Origin: Octopus bimaculoides | Lineage: Eukaryota | Direction: 5' to 3' | Assembly: GCF_001194135.2 (NCBI RefSeq) | Contig: NC_068981.1 | Location: forward strand, 189,771,806 to 189,835,805 | DNA: 64,000 nt | Shown here: piece after piece, positions 51,444-62,101 of the stretch | Numbering within the stretch: the stretch's first letter is position 1 | How the letters are laid out: every line of letters starts with the position of its first letter | Notes under the pieces: generated by a model | Told to the model about the DNA's origin: nothing | The model's database searches: none | The model's input: the letters and a program-made list of their open reading frames with translations, nothing else | Position numbers and translations under genes: made by a program

Positions 51444-52675
51444 AACCCAGAACCATGTGGATGGGAAGCAAACTTCTTACCCCACAGCCATGCCTGCACC
51501 TATGTATATTTTAAGGAAATTTTAATTTCTGCTTTGTTAGTCATCAACATTGGGTTAACTGCTCAAGAAGATTTACTAATTTAAAAAATGAAATTTAGCA
51601 CTATTACAACTGTTCTGTAGAGTGAAAAATAACTTTCTAATCTCTATGATTAAATTAACAACACAACTTGAACTGTAAAAGAATGTTTCAAAACTTTATA
51701 ATTTAGATCAGAACTTTCCAAACCAAGATTGCCTGAAGCAAAATGAAGACAAACTATTAGATAGTATCCACTGCATTAATTTTTCAAAACTCAAATATTC
51801 AGATTCAAAATGTTTCTTTTTTTAAACACCGTTTGATTAGCATTAACCTAAATATCTAGGACAATAAGAATATCAAGAAAAAGCAGGTATAAACAGCCAA
51901 GTTGGTTTGTGTAGAACTTTTAGATCAGCTTCTGTCTTAACAGAAAGAAAAGAAAAGAAAAAGATTGTTAATTGTATTCCTAAAGATATCTGTAAAAAAA
52001 TTTTAAAAAATGAAAAAAAAAAACGAAAAGGAAAAAACTGTGTATTGGTGGAACAGACATGTCTGTGTGGTTAAGAAGATTGCCTTCCAATCATATACTA
52101 GCAAGTTCAGTCCCACTGTGGGCAAGTGTCCATGATGGTCAACCAATGCCTTGTTAGTGACTTTAGTAGATGGAAACTGTGTGGAAGCCTGTCATATTTG
52201 TGTAGCATTCAAATTCGACATATCAGTTCCAAGTATTTTACCTGTTTTGTGCTCATACTGACGAGATAAGGTGTCACACACCTACCCTGAAATGTCATTC
52301 TAAAAATAAATAAACACATCATCAAAATCTCAATGCTAAAAGATAAAGTAATGAATAATTCAAAGCAAGCTGCACAGATGCAATGACTAGTGACCGAGAC
52401 CTTTGGCAATATGCAATGCTTGAGAAGACCCATCAAGCCAAGTGAAATTGTAGTCGTCACCGATGCTGGTGTCACATAACTGGCATGTAAAAAGTATCTT
52501 TTGAGTGTTGTGCCTCACGGAGACAAATCACATTGTGTGTCTTCTAGACATTGTTTTTTGGCTTTTTTACTTTTTCCTTCTTTTTGTTTCTTCTTCCTCC
52601 TCCTCCTCCTCCTCCATATCCCTACCACTTGATCTCTATGCTAATTACTCATCTCCTAACAGCACTTTTATTTAC

Positions 52676-52777
52676 CTTTTGTTTCCTCCTGATATAAGCC
52701 CAAAGCGCAAAGTCCAGAAGATGCACAATGTGCCAACACACCTTTGATGCAAGTCTGATGAAGTCCTTCTGTAATGT
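52676..52777 (-). CDS. Candidate 102-nt phase 1-1 exon DITEGLHQTCIKGVLAHCASSGLCALGLYQEETK
   Basis: T-rich acceptor ...tttgtggttttag|, donor AAG|gtaaat, fully open, many GNN codons with A/T-ending third positions; protein not recognised. Confidence 0.45.
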
Positions 52778-52919
52778 CTAAAACCACAAACATTACACAA
52801 AAGTATGAAGTGAAAATTTACATAAACTGGTGTTGCAAGCAGAATTGGTACAGAAACAATTGTAACGATTGTTAAAACACCTTGTCTTTTTATCATTTGG
52901 ATCATGATTTACTCTTCAC

Positions 52920-53004
52920 CAAACCCACATAACAGTGTGACAGCTGCGAAACCAGGATTTTCTACACTTGAAGAATTTTGGCATTTGTGTGGAACCCAAA
53001 TACC
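52920..53004 (-). CDS. Candidate 85-nt exon GIWVPHKCQNSSSVENPGFAAVTLLCGF
   Basis: gtcttggtag| acceptor; weak donor gtgaag; phase-compatible with 52676-52777 across a 142-nt intron. Confidence 0.25.
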
Positions 53005-53264
53005 CTACCAAGACACACACACACACACAGAGGATCATGCTTGTTCTAGTGTCCTGATTTGTATATTGTATAAGCCATGTGCTCAGAGCCCAGTGATTGC
53101 TTGGAGACACAAAGCGTGCTATTAAAACTTGCCTAGACTACATCTCCAATGCATGAAATTATTAGTAGTTCATAACTGTATATTGTGTACATTAAATAAT
53201 ATTTATCTCTCACTGGATGGAGTTTTTTTTTTGTTGTCGATGTTACCTTAACGGAAAAGTAAAA

Positions 53265-53320
<56 letters not shown>

Positions 53321-53861
53321 CATGTGTGTATCTCTATGTGTGTCCTTTCCATTGCTTGACAATATTGGCTTGCTTGTGTCCCCATAACTTAGCAGTTCGG
53401 CAAAAGTGACCAAATAAATAAGTACCAGACTTAAACAGAAGTACTGAGATTGATTTCAACTAAATACCTTCAACTAAAACTCCAGTATGGCCACAGTCCA
53501 ATAACTGCAAAAAGTAAAAGAAGAGAAATGAAAAAATTCTAAGCAACATATTTCTGCTGCTATCCTTCACTGCATACAAAATCCTAATTTCACTAATGTT
53601 TATTACAAAAACACCAGCATTGAAATTAAAAGCAAATTTCCAATCCTTCCCATTCAAACAATTGGAATTTTCAGTAATTACTCATCTGAAATGAAAGTAA
53701 TTTAAATTGCACTTACATTTGTGTAATCTATAAATCAAGTACAAGTTCTTTCATTGTACACACCATCTACCTAGATATAAGTAGGTAAGGAGGTATGCTC
53801 AAACACACAAGCACTATAGAAGCACAAGAAAAGGTGGTAGTAATGTCATATGGATGCATAC

Positions 53862-53906
53862 CTGAACACATAAAGGGTTCAAATGTTGCTCCAGCCATAA
53901 AGGGAC
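53862..53906 (-). CDS. Candidate 45-nt phase 1-1 exon xPFMAGATFEPFMCS
   Basis: aaatatacag| ... CAG|gtatgc. Confidence 0.25.
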
Positions 53907-54104
53907 CTGTATATTTTAAGTATTACTTTACTACTCATCAATGTCGGGTTGACTATTTGAGAGGACTTACAGATTTAAATAAGAAACCTACCACTGATAC
54001 AACTGTTTCAAAGAAAAACTGTTCCCTATTAACACACACACATACACAGAGGCAATGCTCCAGGATGGTCATAGCCAATAGGCTGAAACTAGTTACCTGT
54101 TGTT

Positions 54105-54325
54105 AAGATGGCAAGCTGGCAGAATCGTTAGCATGCTGTACGAAACGCTTAGCAGTATTTCGCCTGTCGTTATGTTCTGAGTTCACATTCTGCTGAGGTC
54201 GATTTTGCCTTTCATCCTTTCAGGGTTGATAAATTAAGTACCAGTGAAGAACTGGGGGCCAATGTAATCGACTAGTCCCCTCCGCCAAAATTTCAGGCCT
54301 TGTGCCTATAGTAGAAAGGTTATTT
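54105..54325 (+). mobile_element. Full-length SINE B (tail type 1)
   Basis: 'aagatggcaagctggcagaatcgttagc...ttcaggccttgtgcctatagtagaaagg'. Confidence 0.85.
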
Positions 54326-54619
54326 ATGCATGGCTATGGTGCACACAAATAACAATTCAGGTATATTCTTACATAATTAGCTGCAGGAAACACATCCACC
54401 TATAGCTATCTGAGCCAATAAAGAAAATTTATAAGGCTACTTGACCATTCTAGACGTAGCTGTCAAATGAACAGCATCATCTAAAATGGAAAAGGTAGAT
54501 TGAATAACATTATGTATAAAGATATATTAATGGGATTGTCATGACTGGAATGATTGATCATATGTGTGCTCCATGAGGTTTAGTTAGGGTTAAATAACAA
54601 TAACATTTATCTCATCTAT

Positions 54620-54745
54620 CTAGCTGTAGAAACTCTGCCAAATCAGATTGGAGCCTGGTGTAGCCATCTGGTTCACCAGTCCTCAATCAAATCGTCCAAC
54701 CCATGCCAGCATGGAAAGCGGACGTTAAACGATGATGATGATGAT
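54620..54745 (+). mobile_element. Short young RTE 3' end
   Basis: 'gctgtagaaactctgcc...ggaaagcggacgttaaacgatgatgatgatgat'. Confidence 0.85.
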
Positions 54746-54800
54746 CTGTCTCATATCTTTCACACTGACTATCTCTCTTACTTTAGTTACTTTTATTCTA

Positions 54801-56053
54801 TTAGGTTGTTTCGCACGAAATGTCGTATTTGAAAGTTAACAATAAAATGTTTCAGAAGTGTTAGAAGAGAACTGATTCATTTAATCAAGGTATGATCCAT
54901 GTTCATTTAGGACGTTTATCCAACGTTTCTCTGTATCACATATTTCATCTTTAAAAAAAAATTCATCTTTTGCTGTGATAAACTGTCCGAATGCTTCAAT
55001 TGCCTCTTCTCTATTTAAGAATGTTTTATTACTTATGAAAAGCTCAAAATGCTTAAATAAGTGATGATCCGTAGGAGAGATATCAGGGGAATAGGGAGGA
55101 TGTTGCAAAATTTCATAATTCCAGTTTTGCAACTTTTGGACTGTAGCTTGAGGAGTGTGAGGGCATGCATTGTCATGGAGCAAAACTGGGTTATCTCTAT
55201 TCACTAGTCTGGCCTGCTGCTTTTCAAATTTTCATGCATACAATCAATTTCCTGGCAATACGATGTTGCTGTTACCATTTTTCCTTGTTGTAAAAATGAA
55301 TAATGAATAACTCCCTTCGCAGAATACCATAGAGTGACCACTAACTTTTTAGGGTGCAATGGTAGGTTTGGGTAGTGTTTAGGTGACTCTCCCACATCTA
55401 ATCACTGTCCTGTTCTCCTGCTGTTGTCAAAGAGTACCCATTTCTCATCACAAGTAATGATTTGATGCAAAAATGGCCTTTTTCAAGTCAAGAAAGTAAT
55501 AAGGAACACACTTCGAGGCATCTGTTTTTTTAAATCACATTCAGTTGATGTGGAACAAAGCTATCTGTTTTCTTGACTTTTCCAATTTTTTAAAGTGTCC
55601 AAAAACAGTTGTGCGAGATGTTTGGAGTTCTGATGAAAGTTTCCGAACCTTTGTTCTTGGATTTTGTTCAACCAAAGCATTTAATCCATCATGCCGAACA
55701 ACTAATTTTGGCCTACTTCTTGGCATATTTTCAAGGATATCATCTCCTGAACGAGAGCTTTGGAACCATCTCTGAACAGTTCTGATGTCAACAAAACCAT
55801 TACCAAAGGTCCGCTTGATATTCCATAGAGCTTCTGCAGCAGAGTGACCCAGTTTGTACTCATACGAGAAAATCACTCAACATAGTTTGGTTGTTATCAT
55901 TTTCATAAGGTCTGTGGGTATGAATTTTGTAAACCAATATTGTTGGGAAAGAAAAAAGAGTCAAGATTAAATGCAAGGTATACATCATTGAGTTTTTAAA
56001 TGACTGAAATAACAAGGAATTAAAAATGTGACATTTCATGTGAAAAAACCTAA
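54801..56053 (-). mobile_element. Full-length mariner element (1253 bp)
   Basis: TA|ttaggttgtttcgcacgaaatgtcgtattt ... aaatgtgacatttcatgtgaaaaaacctaa|TA; ~30-bp TIR with 5 mismatches. Confidence 0.95.
54881..55906 (-). pseudogene. Mariner (DD34D) transposase, inactivated by stops and frameshifts
   Basis: N-terminal HTH (YEYKLGHSAAEA..RTVQRWF), LHPKKLVVTLW, LLHDNACPH, HPPYSPDISPTDHHLF; ATG at 55906 followed by an early TGA. Confidence 0.92.
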
Positions 56054-56734
56054 TATATATAATGTACCAAAACTTTTATGTATGCATGTGTGTATGTATA
56101 GATATGTAAATATATCTTGGTATGTCAATATGCATGTGTTTGTGTGTATTTTACTAGTTTCAACCTACTGGCTGTGATTTGTAGAAGGTTTGGCTGCTAT
56201 TTCTAGCAAGTCAAATGATGACATAGAAACTCTCTTGTTGTTTAGCCCCAAGCCAGCCTTAATAGAGTATATCCATAATTAAAGGCATTCTCTTGGCTTT
56301 GCATGTCTAGAACTATATTATTCAATGTAAGTATACTTTTCAAGGTGGCAGAGTGTAATTTAATGGGAATTTGGTTGTTATATCTAGCCAGTAGAGTTAT
56401 CAGCTAGTGACTCTCTTTCATGTGGCATCTGTATCAGCAATTTATATATTTTTACAAGTCCTACTAATCAAGTTTTCAAAAGCAAGCTTGCAACTTGATT
56501 CCATTTATTCTCCATTCTTTGGTTATTGCACTATATCGGAATACATGCAAGGCTCCTGCAACATTGATCACATCTACATAACTAATTACCTTATCATTAT
56601 CAACATCAATAGTGTTGATATCTTTATGGTCAAGGCTGAAAAGACAAACCTTTTATATTGGCTTTTCCAATCATTATTCCAACAAAGGATATAAAGTCTG
56701 CAGTAAGAGGAGAAGAATTGATTTATTATTTTTT

Positions 56735-57198
56735 TTTTAACCAAGCTGGCAGAAATGTTAGCTATAAAAAAAAAGACCTCATAGTATTTCTTCTAGCTCT
56801 TTACATTCTGAGTTCAAATCTTACCAAAGTCGTCTCTACACTTAATTTCTTCAAGGTCAATGAAATAAAGTACCAGTCAAATACTATGTGGCAAGTACTA
56901 ACACTCTCCCCTCAAAACTGTTGACTTTGTGCCTAATTCATAAGGCATTATTATTATTATTATTACTATTAAGGCAGTGAGCTAGCAAAATCATTAGTAT
57001 GCTGGGTGAAATGCTTAGTGATATTTCGTCAGCCACTACATTCTGAGTTCAAATTCTGCCAAGGTCAACTTTGCCTTTCATCCTTTCGGTGCTGATAAAT
57101 TGAGTACCAGTAGAACACTGGGGTTGATGTAATCAACTAGACCACTTCTCACAAATTTCAGGCTTTGTGCTTTTAGCAGAAAGGATTATTATTATTAT
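56735..57198 (+). mobile_element. Two tandem SINE B copies joined by (ATT)n
   Basis: Core 'ttctgagttcaaat' at ~56806 and ~57041; ATT tails at ~56948 and ~57185. Confidence 0.8.
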
Positions 57199-57735
57199 TG
57201 AGTGAGAGAGCAGTACATGCCATCAAAGTGACACTGGGGTAAAATATGCAAAGCCCAGTATACATACCCATCATGACTACCCATCTGATAAGGGTACACA
57301 TGCATCACAACCATATGTGTGTGATATGGTGATCTCATATCAATATAAACAGCACATGATCTTACAGGTGGGGGCCCAGTTATAATTTTCTTCAGGTCAA
57401 GTAGCCTATCTTGCTCAAAAGGTCCCTGAATAAGGTTTGTTTAAGAATGTTGAGCAAAATACCCATGTTTCCGAAGGTGAATTATTCAAACCCCAAAGAA
57501 TTCCTCTCAACACATGGCTATGATGCTCCCCACTACTTCTGCTCATGATCAGAGATGCACATATCGTCAGCCATTGAGGGACATGCTCAACTGGTTAAGG
57601 TCATGTAGCTGGTACTGAGCAGAACATTTGCTGTAGCCCATCTTTTATACCAAGACAAAGCAATGTACATGATAACACTTCCAATCAATTAAAACAAGAA
57701 GCCATGAGAGCCACTGCCTGATACTGCATCAGGGC

Positions 57736-57737
<2 letters not shown>
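57199..57737 (+). mobile_element. Family F, ~540-bp non-tRNA element flanked by (ATT)n on both sides
   Basis: (att)n|tgagtgagagagcag ... gcatcagggcat|(tta)n; no A/B box seen; second copy at 40780-41294. Confidence 0.75.
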
Positions 57738-57775
<38 letters not shown>

Positions 57776-58479
57776 GCCGAATTGTTAGTGCATCAGACAA
57801 AATGCCTATTGGTATTTTTCTTCTAGCTCTTCACTTTCTGAGTTCAAATTCTGCCTAGGTTGACTTAGCCTTTCACCCTCCTGGGGTTGGAAAAGTAGGT
57901 GTGATGATGATAATGATGGTGTTCTGTACTGCACATCAGGGTGGCTTGAAGGTCTCAGTAGAATATCAGTTTTTTTATTTCTCCAAGAAATTACTAAACC
58001 ATTTTGAGAGAAGAGGCTTCCTATGTGGAATGAGACAACTGGGCACAGCTGGCTTCACATTTAAACTGGTTAAGCAACAATACTTTTTGAGTTGGAGGCA
58101 AACACACACACATACACATTTGTGTGTGTGTGTATGTGTGTACTTGGAAATATACAGAAAGGAGAGGTAGAGGGAGGGAAAGGAGAAAAGAGAGGGAAAA
58201 GGAGAGTGGGGTAGAAACAGTGGAGGGGAAGAGGAGTGGGAGAGAGGAGGAAGAAAAAGATATAATTCATTTATGTAATATGATTGACATGAATATGTTC
58301 CCTTTCTTCATATAAATAGAAAAATAAGCTCATATGGTGAGAGAGAGAGAGGAAAGGAGGGAGAAAACAAGAAATTAGAGGCATTAAAACAGGTGTCAAG
58401 TAAGTCAACATCGAATCAGTGTAGCATCCAATACACAGAACATCTCATACCCCTACCCATGACCTTTCTCAGAGTGCAA

Positions 58480-58650
58480 TAAAGGAAATACTAGCAGAGA
58501 GAAAGAGAGAGAAGAATCAACTCCAGTGCTTGACTGGTACTTTGTTTTATTGACCTCCAGAAGCATAAGACACAAAATGGATCTTGCGAGATTTGAACTC
58601 AGTGATCCAAAACATATACTGCAAGACATTCTATCTATTGTGTGCAAATG
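58480..58650 (-). mobile_element. Diverged SINE B
   Basis: 'gatttgaactcag' core, 'tgactggtacttt'. Confidence 0.55.
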
Positions 58651-58911
58651 ATTGCAATTTGCCTCCTAGATTATAGATAAAATAATAGATTAGTCAAATG
58701 TTATTCCAATAATAAGCTGTAAGTAAAAAACAAAAATGTATTTAGTGGGAAATGATGGTAGAAAAGAGTTTAGGGGAAATAATACAATATCCATTTCCAT
58801 AATGATTTACAGTAATAAATAAATAAAAATATGTAACAAATATAACTTGAAGACTAGATCAGAGGAATGATGACAAATTCTAGCAAGATAGCAAAATCGA
58901 TCAATAGCTGC

Positions 58912-58945
<34 letters not shown>

Positions 58946-60502
58946 CAGAGACTAGGAGAATGAGGGAGTAGAAACAGTGAGTGAGTGAAAGACTTAGATG
59001 ATTTAGCAGTTGTGGTCAGCTAAGGGAGATGAATGATAGAGTAACAAGATTAATCTACTCTGCAACACACAGACAGACAGGTCGGTGAATTTGGAAATAT
59101 GATAACCAGAAAATAGTCTATAATATGCACCGTCTCTGTAGCAATTGATTACGGCAACATCTCAATATTTAGAGTATCAATAAAATTTTGGGAATCCCAT
59201 CTAGATGCTGTCAGCTACGAAAGACTTTTATTCAAGATACTGGGAATTGAATTTGTAAGAAGAACTTCTCTAAAACTTTAAGAAACTGTTGATAAAACTG
59301 GTTGAAACAGACAGTTTTAAAAAATGTGGTTAAAAAAGAAGAAAAAACTCAAGCATTTGGCATGCATTTCAAGCATACATTTTGTGGTAAAGTCAATAAG
59401 CAGAACAGTCTAACTATAAAGGACCAATCGATTATTACTGGTTAGAGACATATTTTCTCAGTCTATTCTATAAATTTATTGATATGTTTTCCCTAAGAGA
59501 ATAATCCTACTATAGATACAGAAAATGGATTTTCTCATGGGAAGAAATATCTGCTATTCTCTTTATATATTGATCTGTTTCTGATGAAGATTAAAGTATG
59601 TTCTAATATTGATTTTTCTTTACATTTACAATATAATGAATATAGATAATGCACTAGCCTTCTTTCATTAATTAAAACCTCCTACGTGGACACATATGGA
59701 TTCTTTTCTTACTGCATAAACTGTTTACATGCACTAAACAGCTATAATGATATATCACATGCTATCGAAATTCCTTAATCCTATGTTTATTTCTGGTGCA
59801 TTTCAATTTACTAAATTTCTTTTGCTATATATTTTCATGTGTTTCATTATAGAACCATTTAGAGAATGCTTGTCTCAGGGAATACATTTACAGCAAGGGA
59901 CTAAGGCCATGAAATGTATTTGAAAATTTTCAGAAAGCAGCATGCTAGTAGGAACGATATTGGTGGCTGTATAACCCCAGGTTAACCCTGATGGAGCAGA
60001 CAAATGATCAAAAGCAGTCCAGCTTTGGCCATTCCCCTCTAGGATCACATTATACACTGTATTTTTTCCTTCTAGGACAATCAGGTGTGAATTGTGGGAA
60101 TTTAGTTACTCTTTCTATCAAGTTGACTGCCTGCATTGAAATTACCCAGTTTGCTCATGGGTGATGTGTATAACTGACATGTAGTCATGTGGAGAAATTT
60201 GTTTTGTTTGGTTTAGAGTTAATAGATGTAAGCAGACAAGTTTGTAGCTGAAGGATAGCTGTCTGTGGCTTAAGCAATTACTGTGGAAATTCTGGCTATG
60301 TTTGGGTCAAAATTTAACCCAACAAATATTTTGTTGAGTGCTCTTCATCGTTTTTTTTTTGTTTTTGTTTTCTGGATAATATTTTTGATTGTATATTTTT
60401 TGTGAGTGTGTAAATAACATTGATGGAGTGAATATGATGTTAAAATTGTTGGTTAGTGACATTATTTAATACAATGAGAAAAATATTGTATAAAATGAAA
60501 CT

Positions 60503-61270
60503 CATCATCATCATCATCATTTAACATCCATTGACCATGCTGGCATGGATTGGATGGTTTGACGAGAGCTCGCAAGCTGGGGTGGAGGGCTGCACCAAAC
60601 TTCAGTCTGATTTGGCATGGTTTTTATGGCTCTATACCCTTCCTAACACCAACCCCTTTACAAAGTGTGCTGGGAGCTTTTATGTGGCACTGCACTAGCA
60701 CTTTCATGTGGTGCCACATGAACACTTTTACGTCACACCACATGAATGCTGTTACGTGGCATTGCATGGGCACTTTTATATGGGGCAGCATGGAAGATTT
60801 TACATGGCACCACATAGGTGCCTTATGTGGCACCAACACAATTACTTTACACCATCAGAGGGACTGGTCTTAACATTTCTGCTGCAGAGTATAGGTCTTC
60901 TGCAGTACAGCAAGGTGTTAGGTATATCAGTCTTTGGTCATGTCACCTGAAAGGTTATGCATCCTGATGTCATTCTTCAGCACTTCGCCCCATGTCTTCC
61001 ACTTGCATGTGCTCCATCTGCTTCGAGAGATAAGCACTTCTTTATGGAGCTGTCGGCATCTATCCTCATCATTTGACCAAACCAGTGCATTCTTCTCTCT
61101 TGCATCTAGCAACCAATTCCTCTTATGCCTCACTTCTCTCTCAATGTACTACCACTCTGTCGAACAAGTACACTTACTTTACACATCCAATAGAGCATAC
61201 TAGCCTCATTTCTTTCTAACCTTCGCATACCCTCTGCACATCTCACTACCATGTAGAATTGCTGTCTGTA
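60503..61270 (-). mobile_element. RTE ORF2 C-terminus plus 3' UTR with expanded ~21-bp minisatellite (~60675-60845)
   Basis: KTWGEVLKNDIRMHNLSGDMTKD; repeated 'gcacttttacgtggcaccacat'-like units; (CAT)n tail. Confidence 0.75.
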
Positions 61271-61386
61271 TACAATGCATCATACTATTCTTAATCTAGT
61301 TGCCATCTTATTCTAACTACCACACACTGTGCATTCTCCCCCACCGCCACTACTACTAATTATTATTATTATTATTATTATTATTA

Positions 61387-61417
<31 letters not shown>

Positions 61418-61694
61418 GTTACTGCATGGTAATTCAGTTATTTTAGTCATCATCATCATCATCATATGTACAATATAAAAGAAATTTATCACAATCATCT
61501 GAAAGTAAAACCATTTAACTGAAAGAAACGGAATCATCTTTAACCTTAGTACAAGAGTAACAAATACAATTCTGTAGTTGGATGCTTCTGGATCTTACAT
61601 GAAGTAAGACATTTAATATTTCCAATTTACCAATTGTTATTAACTAAACTACTGGAATGTGCTAGTAATATACTTTTTCCTATTTTTCCTCTAG

Positions 61695-61746
61695 AACCCT
61701 TCAGCTTACAAAGTTTACCTCATCTCAAAGAAAGTTATAATTCAAT
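61695..61746 (+). CDS. Candidate 52-nt exon (EPFSLQSLPHLKESYNS or NPSAYKVYLISKKVIIQ)
   Basis: tttttcctatttttcctctag| ... AAT|gtaagc; both sites strong. Confidence 0.35.
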
Positions 61747-61968
61747 GTAAGCTTACCACACACATGCAAGACTACTGGAGATTTCTATGAATTATATTCA
61801 CAAATAAAGAAAATAAAAACACAAAAATCTTTTGTATGTATGTCTCATATACTTCTAAAGGATGAAATATATATTTGTATTCTTCCTTTCTTATGATTAG
61901 TATACAGGCCCTAATTATGTATATTTGACATGACAGACATAACTCTTCTATTTCCTCCATTGACTTAC

Positions 61969-62101
61969 AGGATTTTGATACATCATCTGTAATGGAATAG
62001 ACAATCTGTTCAATTGTATATATTTCCTTTTTTACTGTCGACACACCTTTTATCTCGGTATATACAGTTAAGTTAGTAGCTTCTGAAGAGTTATCATGAC
62101 A
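61969..62101 (-). CDS. Candidate 133-nt exon CHDNSSEATNLTVYTEIKGVSTVKKEIYTIEQIVYSITDDVSKS
   Basis: caatatag| acceptor, CCT|gtaagt consensus donor, lies within the 90-aa ORF 61772-62044. Confidence 0.35.

Noticed and set aside
53460-53657. FNAGVFVINISE resembling the glycosyltransferase-8 FNxGV motif
   Set aside because: An in-frame TGA directly follows the only good acceptor, the frame runs into a SINE tail, and no other GT8 motifs (DxD, HxxGxxKPW) are found.
53795-54106. 103-aa plus-strand ORF
   Set aside because: No convincing splice sites or homology; it ends in CA repeats and a SINE, and may be the antisense shadow of a minus-strand exon.
59170-59255. Splice-flanked plus-strand segment VSIKFWESHLDAVSYERLLFKILGIEF
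   Set aside because: It resembles the LINE RT motif AFDxVxHxxLLxKL..GI, so a decayed CR1/L2 remnant is more likely than a host exon.
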